Part shown: piece by piece, positions 59,108 through 64,000 of the stretch | Layout of the letters: the number at the start of each line of letters is the position of its first letter | Position numbering within the stretch: position 1 is the first letter of the stretch | IMG/VR virus record: IMGVR_UViG_3300017700_000931 | Coordinates: 96,001-160,000 of that record | Source of the DNA: a virus | Taxonomy: Duplodnaviria > Caudoviricetes | Length of the DNA: 64,000 nucleotides | Reading direction: 5' to 3' (one strand) | Made by a program: the position numbers and the translations under genes | The notes under the pieces: model-generated | Told to the model about the DNA's origin: nothing | Seen by the model: only the letters and a program-made list of their open reading frames with translations | The model's database searches: none

Positions 59108-61948
59108 TTAGATGTCATCAAAACTTGCACCTGTGTTCATAATGTTGAACTCTACGCAAATGAATTCTAATGCTCTTGTTGGTTTAATAAAGATTCTACC
59201 ACAAAGTTCATTTCTATCAATTGCTTCTGGGTCATCATCCAACACAACTCTAAAGTCTGTTAAACCTCTCTCACTTCTGATATTATCTAGAATTGGATTA
59301 ACTAATGACAAGAATTGGTTTCTAACAATATCATCATTTTGTTCAAATAACAATCTAATTGATACAGCAGAAATTAATTTTCTTGCTTGTAATAACAATC
59401 TTCTAACGTTAATTCTATCCAAAGCAGATTCCTTAACTTGAAGAGTTTTGTTACCCCAGATTTTAATACCCTCAGATGCAAATGTAGCAATTGGATTAAT
59501 CCTACCATCATAAAGTGTATCTCTATCTTGAAGAGTTAATTTAACCCTAGATTTAACAGCATTAACGTCACCTCTTTGAACACCAGCAGCAGCAAACCAA
59601 GGGAATGCAATATTATCAGTCAATGCAATGTTTCTAACAACGTCTCTTGTAGGTGGTAACCAAACAAGAACATTATTTTCAGCATCTTGAACTTGAATCC
59701 AAGGCCAGAATGTTGCAGTATAGTTACTATCAAAAGCTCCGTCAATATTATCAACAGCATCTTCTGCGGTCATCACACCACCACCAGTATCTGTATCTGG
59801 AAGTGTTGCGATATAAATTGAATCCGCTCTTTCTGTTTCAATCATTTCGATTGCTTCTTCAATTAAGTTTGTGTGGTCAATCATATCGATACCCGGAGTA
59901 GCAAACACATTAATGTTAATTGCTTCAGGATTAGCGAATGTTCTAAGACCTTCAAAGTATGCGTAGTAATCAGAACTAATTCCGTTTTCACCGTTAGTAA
60001 GTGCTCTGTTTGAGAACACACCATTAGTAAGACCTAAAGCACCTTTTGAACCATTGATTGTGTAAGCATCTTGGTTTGTTCTTCTAGTTCTGTAGATATC
60101 CCAACCATCGAAACCACCATAAGGTGCAAATGTAAATTTACGTGCATAAACTTTTTCATAATCAGTTCCAGCAAGGTCAAAATCATTTTTGAATTCAGCA
60201 TTACCTGTTTCAAATTCAAATATTGGAGAATAAGTACCACCAGTAAGGTTGATTACTATTTCAACATTGTCAATTGTAACAGCACTAGCTTCGATATCCA
60301 TGTGGAAACCTTTAGTTAATCCAGTCCAAATATCTACTGTCGTACTATCTGGTTTACCTTTATAGTCAAAGAAATCTTGGTCGATACCAACGATATCAGA
60401 AAGACCCAAATAAGCTTTTCTTTTTTTCTCAAAAATACCATAAGTTTTTTTGTAATTGATAGTTGGATTTTCAACTGATGTGTTACCGTTTTCAGAATAA
60501 TCTCTGATTGGGAAACCAACGAAACCAGCTGGGAATGCATCACTACCATCACTATCTTCATCAATTTCAACTAACACATAATTTGAGTTAGAAACATATT
60601 GACCATCTAATGTACCAATTCTTCTACCAACAAATCTATCTGATGTTGGGTCCATTGTACATCTTGAGAATTTCTCAAGAATAACCGGATTAGCATCTGT
60701 ATCAGCATAACTTCTGATTTCAACATCAAATAATTTATCATCTGGTTTGATGTTTGTGATTGAAATTTTAAATTCTCTATTTGCAGTATTACCATCAGAG
60801 ATTGTCCAAAGTCTGAATAATCTCAAAACTTTATTACCTCTAACCTCAGATACAACATAAGGTGTAACCGCTGGTTGATATTCTACTTTATAATCATCGA
60901 AGGTATTTCCATACTCAATCAATGTCATATTAATACCTCTGACTTTTTCTTCTGTGATAAAATCTTCAAGCATGTTTTCATAAATCTCTTCGACATATAA
61001 TGCAGTAGTGTTATCTTGTGCAGATGTACCCAATACTCTAGTAATATAGTTTTTCTTAGTTCTATCGAATGATAATGAATAATTAAATGCGCCTTGGAAA
61101 TAAGATGTACCAGTAATGCTGAATGCACCTAATGGTGATTCTTGTGCTGTTTGACCAGTACTTGCAATACCAATTGTACCACCACTACAATCAAAGAATA
61201 ATGTTTCAGTACCATCATATCTACCTCTTGACCTGATTAATGCAACAATTTTGTTTTCAACGTCTGAGTAACAAGTACCAGAATAATGAATTGTAGTACC
61301 AGTTGTACTACCTGTTACGTTACCACCGGATGTACCAGCTGAATTAACATAAACAGTAAATGATGCACCAGTAAATGCACATCCAGTTTCAGAAATTTTA
61401 TCAAATACTGGATTATAAGTCGCAGTATCACCAGTTGAAGCTGTTGTTAAGAAATTAAGGTTTACAAATCCATCATCATATAATTGTTGAATCAATGAGT
61501 CAGTTATCACAACATTTGTAAGTGTTCCAGCAGTTGTTGCGGTATAAGTGATGAATGGGTTTTTATTAACCGTACCAGTAGTTGCACCACTTGTTGTTGG
61601 GTCTAATGCAGCATCAAGTGTGATACCCCACGCTTGGCCAGCATCATAACCAGAGAATCCTAGGATTCTTGATACGAATAATTGATTTGATTGTGACAAA
61701 TATGATTTAGCAATGTATGGTAATTCATACATTGGAGCCCCAGTATCTTTAACTTTTTTTGCATTCAATCCACCGAAAAATGCTTTAAACTCGTCGTAGT
61801 TACTAACGAAAATTGGTTGGAATGCTGGACCTTTTGTAGTCTCACCAACCAAACCTAAAGTTGTTACACCAACGTTACGAGTTACGAATGATAAATCCCT
61901 CTCTGAGGTATAAACACCGGGACTAACGAATACTCTTTCTGAAGCCAT
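59108..61948 (-). CDS. Tail sheath protein (T4 gp18-like)
   Basis: FVSPGVYTSERD, GETTKGPAF, PWFAAAG, RINPI, WGNKTLQ and DRINVRRL. Confidence 0.96.
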   Translation of the reverse strand: MASERVFVSPGVYTSERDLSFVTRNVGVTTLGLVGETTKGPAFQPIFVSNYDEFKAFFGGLNAKKVKDTGAPMYELPYIAKSYLSQSNQLFVSRILGFSGYDAGQAWGITLDAALDPTTSGATTGTVNKNPFITYTATTAGTLTNVVITDSLIQQLYDDGFVNLNFLTTASTGDTATYNPVFDKISETGCAFTGASFTVYVNSAGTSGGNVTGSTTGTTIHYSGTCYSDVENKIVALIRSRGRYDGTETLFFDCSGGTIGIASTGQTAQESPLGAFSITGTSYFQGAFNYSLSFDRTKKNYITRVLGTSAQDNTTALYVEEIYENMLEDFITEEKVRGINMTLIEYGNTFDDYKVEYQPAVTPYVVSEVRGNKVLRLFRLWTISDGNTANREFKISITNIKPDDKLFDVEIRSYADTDANPVILEKFSRCTMDPTSDRFVGRRIGTLDGQYVSNSNYVLVEIDEDSDGSDAFPAGFVGFPIRDYSENGNTSVENPTINYKKTYGIFEKKRKAYLGLSDIVGIDQDFFDYKGKPDSTTVDIWTGLTKGFHMDIEASAVTIDNVEIVINLTGGTYSPIFEFETGNAEFKNDFDLAGTDYEKVYARKFTFAPYGGFDGWDIYRTRRTNQDAYTINGSKGALGLTNGVFSNRALTNGENGISSDYYAYFEGLRTFANPEAININVFATPGIDMIDHTNLIEEAIEMIETERADSIYIATLPDTDTGGGVMTAEDAVDNIDGAFDSNYTATFWPWIQVQDAENNVLVWLPPTRDVVRNIALTDNIAFPWFAAAGVQRGDVNAVKSRVKLTLQDRDTLYDGRINPIATFASEGIKIWGNKTLQVKESALDRINVRRLLLQARKLISAVSIRLLFEQNDDIVRNQFLSLVNPILDNIRSERGLTDFRVVLDDDPEAIDRNELCGRIFIKPTRALEFICVEFNIMNTGASFDDI

Positions 61949-61989
61949 TTATTTTTTATTTTTAAGCTATATTATTTTCTATTCTTTCT

Positions 61990-61997
61990 AATAAATA
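61990..61997 (-). promoter_or_regulatory. Putative late promoter TATTTATT
   Basis: Upstream of the sheath gene ATG. Confidence 0.5.
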
Positions 61998-62021
61998 TAT
62001 TAGAAATATGGAAAAGAATTT

Positions 62022-62077
62022 TTATGGAGTATTCTACTCCATAATTAGTATGACTTTTTTCTGCTTTTCGTCATACT
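62022..62077. promoter_or_regulatory. Two inverted repeats (candidate operators) between the divergent sheath and RHH genes
   Basis: TTATGGAGTA-TTC-TACTCCATAA (62022-62044) and AGTATGAC-N15-GTCATACT (62047-62077). Confidence 0.55.
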
Positions 62078-62098
62078 TATATAGAAAACCTTTAAATA

Positions 62099-62257
62099 AT
62101 GGCGATAAAACGAACTAAAAACCTAAAAATTACTCCAGCAACACACAAAATTTTAAAAGATTATTGTGAAGATAATGGATTAAAAATGTTTGCATTTATT
62201 GAAAAATTAATCAAAGAAAAATGTATTAAACCAAAAGATATTTATGGTGATACATAA
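62099..62257 (+). CDS. Ribbon-helix-helix DNA-binding protein, 52 aa (missing from ORF track)
   Basis: MAIKRTKNLKITPATHKILKDYCEDNGLKMFAFIEKLIKEKCIKPKDIYGDT: beta strand KNLKI followed by two amphipathic helices with a G turn. Confidence 0.8.
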   Translation: MAIKRTKNLKITPATHKILKDYCEDNGLKMFAFIEKLIKEKCIKPKDIYGDT

Positions 62258-62258
62258 A

Positions 62259-62414
62259 TCAATTAACAAATACCGAGCTAGTTTCTCCACCAGACGATTC
62301 AGTAAAATCATAATCATTACCATTCAAAGAGTATGAACTAATGACACCACCAGCTGGTGGTGTCGGTAATTCTAATAAAAATTCAGTCACATCAAATACT
62401 ATATCATCTATCAT
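62259..62414 (-). CDS. 51-aa hypothetical protein (missing from ORF track)
   Basis: MIDDIVFDVTEFLLELPTPPAGGVISSYSLNGNDYDFTESSGGETSSVFVN; ATG lies 1 nt after the upstream stop. Confidence 0.6.
   Translation of the reverse strand: MIDDIVFDVTEFLLELPTPPAGGVISSYSLNGNDYDFTESSGGETSSVFVN
62343..62364. repeat. Perfect 22-bp palindrome
   Basis: GACACCACCAGCTGGTGGTGTC is its own reverse complement. Confidence 0.85.
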
Positions 62415-62415
62415 A

Positions 62416-64000
62416 TTATGCTTGCGTTAATAATGCTCTAATTCTTATTCCATTTGGTAATGATGTTGCAGTATATCTGATGTAATTAGATATTGAATCA
62501 GCTGTATCATCCCATGCTAACCAATTTGAACCACCATCACTAGAATATTCAAAAGTTCCTTCTGATGAAACTAATATGGTATCGTCTAACACTAAAGCAC
62601 CGGATACGGCATTATAAAGTCTAATCCTCAAATCAGGGATATTCCCACCCCAAGTAGTACCTTGTCTGTAAGCAAATATTCTATTTGTTACCGATGAATT
62701 ACCAACACTAGGCTCATAATGACTATCAGTTGTATTATCTTCATAAGTAAATGTTAATCCCATAATTCTAGCTGGAATACATGTAGTACCTAATATTTTA
62801 AATGTAAACATAAATTGAATATCAGAACCACTCACACCAGTTAAATCACCATAATCATCAAGTTCAGTCCACCCACCAGAATTATCTGAAATACCAGCCG
62901 TTCTATAAAACATTTTGAATGGTTCTGTTGGTAGTGAAAATGTATCAGTTCCTAATCTACTCAAATGTTTAACAGTCACACTATATAATTTATTTGAATC
63001 ACTAATATCAAATGATGGAGTAATTAACATTTGATTATTAGTAATTGCATAAGTCTGGTGAGCCCCAATAGGTAAGGTATAAACTTGATTTATAGCAGCA
63101 GTAGCTCCTACTCTAGCTAAATATAAAATACCTGCTTCTGACCATATTGAAAATGGTGATACTAAAATAGCTGGGTGTGGAACACCGCCTGAATCAGATA
63201 ATGTTTGGTCTAATTGTTTATCATCATTTAAAAAAATATGATTCATTGGGGTCGAAATAGTATTATATTCTGTAACATAACTTCTAATACCTGCGGCACC
63301 AGTTGATGTTATAATTAATCTATCAATGCCATCAGATATCTCACACGATGACATACCAGCACCAGCTAAATAGGTACCAGCCCCACCGGGTGGAATTTCA
63401 ACCATAACATCACTTTGCCATGAAGTTGACCCAGCAGTAATAGCACTTATCGCTGCTCTGTAAATCCTAGTAGTTGTAACAAAATATAATGAACTAACAC
63501 CAGACCCCGGCCCATGGGCCAATGTCCCGACTCTACCATTATTAGCTTGTGAAATAACACCAGTAACGGCTTGGTTACCAGTTTTAATTGTATTTGTTGT
63601 AGTATCTTTTCCAGACGCTAATGTTAATGCTTTTCTAAAATTATATACAAAAACCTTAACCGTAGCAACATCTAAAACGTAGGTGGAATGGTCTATCCAA
63701 CTAACCATAGGTGCTAAAGCCGCACCACATGCTGCTGTGTTAGTCACAACAGCGGCATCTGCCAACCAGTATACTGCTCTAATGTTATCAGTACCAACGG
63801 CAGCAGGTATTGTTGTACCTACCGATGTAAATATTTCTGGTCTAATACCTTTTGCCACAAATAAACCACCATTTGCAGCAGTAGCATTAGTTGTTGTTGT
63901 TATCAATATAATATCTTCAATAACATAAGGTGTTCCAGCTGCAATCGTACCAGCTGTTGCTGTTAACGTAATTGATGTATTTCCACCAACAGCTGATATT
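62416..64000 (-). CDS. Virion structural/fibre-like protein, 3' part (start lies beyond the window)
   Basis: Frame stays open from 63999 (ISAVGGNTSITLTATAGTIAAGTPYVIEDIIL...), so the TTG at 63906 is not the true start; Ala/Thr/Gly-rich and beta-rich. Confidence 0.7.
   Translation of the reverse strand, partial: ISAVGGNTSITLTATAGTIAAGTPYVIEDIILITTTTNATAANGGLFVAKGIRPEIFTSVGTTIPAAVGTDNIRAVYWLADAAVVTNTAACGAALAPMVSWIDHSTYVLDVATVKVFVYNFRKALTLASGKDTTTNTIKTGNQAVTGVISQANNGRVGTLAHGPGSGVSSLYFVTTTRIYRAAISAITAGSTSWQSDVMVEIPPGGAGTYLAGAGMSSCEISDGIDRLIITSTGAAGIRSYVTEYNTISTPMNHIFLNDDKQLDQTLSDSGGVPHPAILVSPFSIWSEAGILYLARVGATAAINQVYTLPIGAHQTYAITNNQMLITPSFDISDSNKLYSVTVKHLSRLGTDTFSLPTEPFKMFYRTAGISDNSGGWTELDDYGDLTGVSGSDIQFMFTFKILGTTCIPARIMGLTFTYEDNTTDSHYEPSVGNSSVTNRIFAYRQGTTWGGNIPDLRIRLYNAVSGALVLDDTILVSSEGTFEYSSDGGSNWLAWDDTADSISNYIRYTATSLPNGIRIRALLTQA

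Noticed and set aside
67-63928. Numerous short plus-strand ORFs and nested minus-strand ORFs in the track (for example 67..255, 1435..1650, 37987..38397, 51145..51486, 51733..52164)
   Set aside because: They lie antisense to or out of frame within long, motif-bearing genes and show the hydrophobic or Ser-rich composition of shadow ORFs.
1-64000. Stop-codon reassignment, as seen in some large Bacteroidota phages
   Set aside because: Long genes are intact in code 11, and TAG (309, 46626) and TGA (3178, 62259) terminate genes at sensible positions.
1-64000. CRISPR array, tRNA genes, transposases or integrase
   Set aside because: No regularly spaced direct repeats, cloverleaf/TTC-loop patterns or mobile-element motifs were seen by eye; intergenic gaps are short.

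Overview
This window is a 64 kb, AT-rich, gene-dense slice of a large contractile-tailed (myovirus-like) phage genome, almost entirely coded on the minus strand in standard code 11 (TAA, TGA and TAG all serve as stops). The host is inferred to be Bacteroidota, from TAnnTTTG promoters, the absence of Shine-Dalgarno motifs, a sigma factor resembling the Bacteroidota primary sigma, and SprB repeats. Layout: (i) 1-8.2 kb replication/recombination block (sigma70, UVR protein, SbcC/SbcD, PD-(D/E)XK nuclease, GNAT, primase, RuvC-like); (ii) 8.2-29.9 kb peripheral baseplate/fibre block ending in gp6-like and gp25-like genes; (iii) 30-39.7 kb class II RNR, DnaB, 5'-3' exonuclease, RecA, gp32-like SSB; (iv) 39.7-64 kb core tail block (hub with two peptidoglycan hydrolase domains, LysM/gpX, tube initiator with OmpA-like domain, tape measure, tail chaperone, tube, sheath). 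The most notable signals not explained by the ORF track: a probable +1 (or -2) programmed frameshift in the tail chaperone plus a free-standing paralog of its extension; a dense [S/T]-[G/A]-x-[T/S] motif confined to exposed virion proteins (possible glycosylation sequon); a set of proteins with (L/I)xE prohead-protease-like leaders and a shared TATTTAT promoter (candidate injected cargo, including a GNAT and an OmpA-like protein); an 83-nt three-stem RNA upstream of recA; a divergent RHH gene with two palindromes upstream of the sheath gene; and an SbcCD split at an unusual point. All family calls come from motif recognition by eye; no database searches were run.
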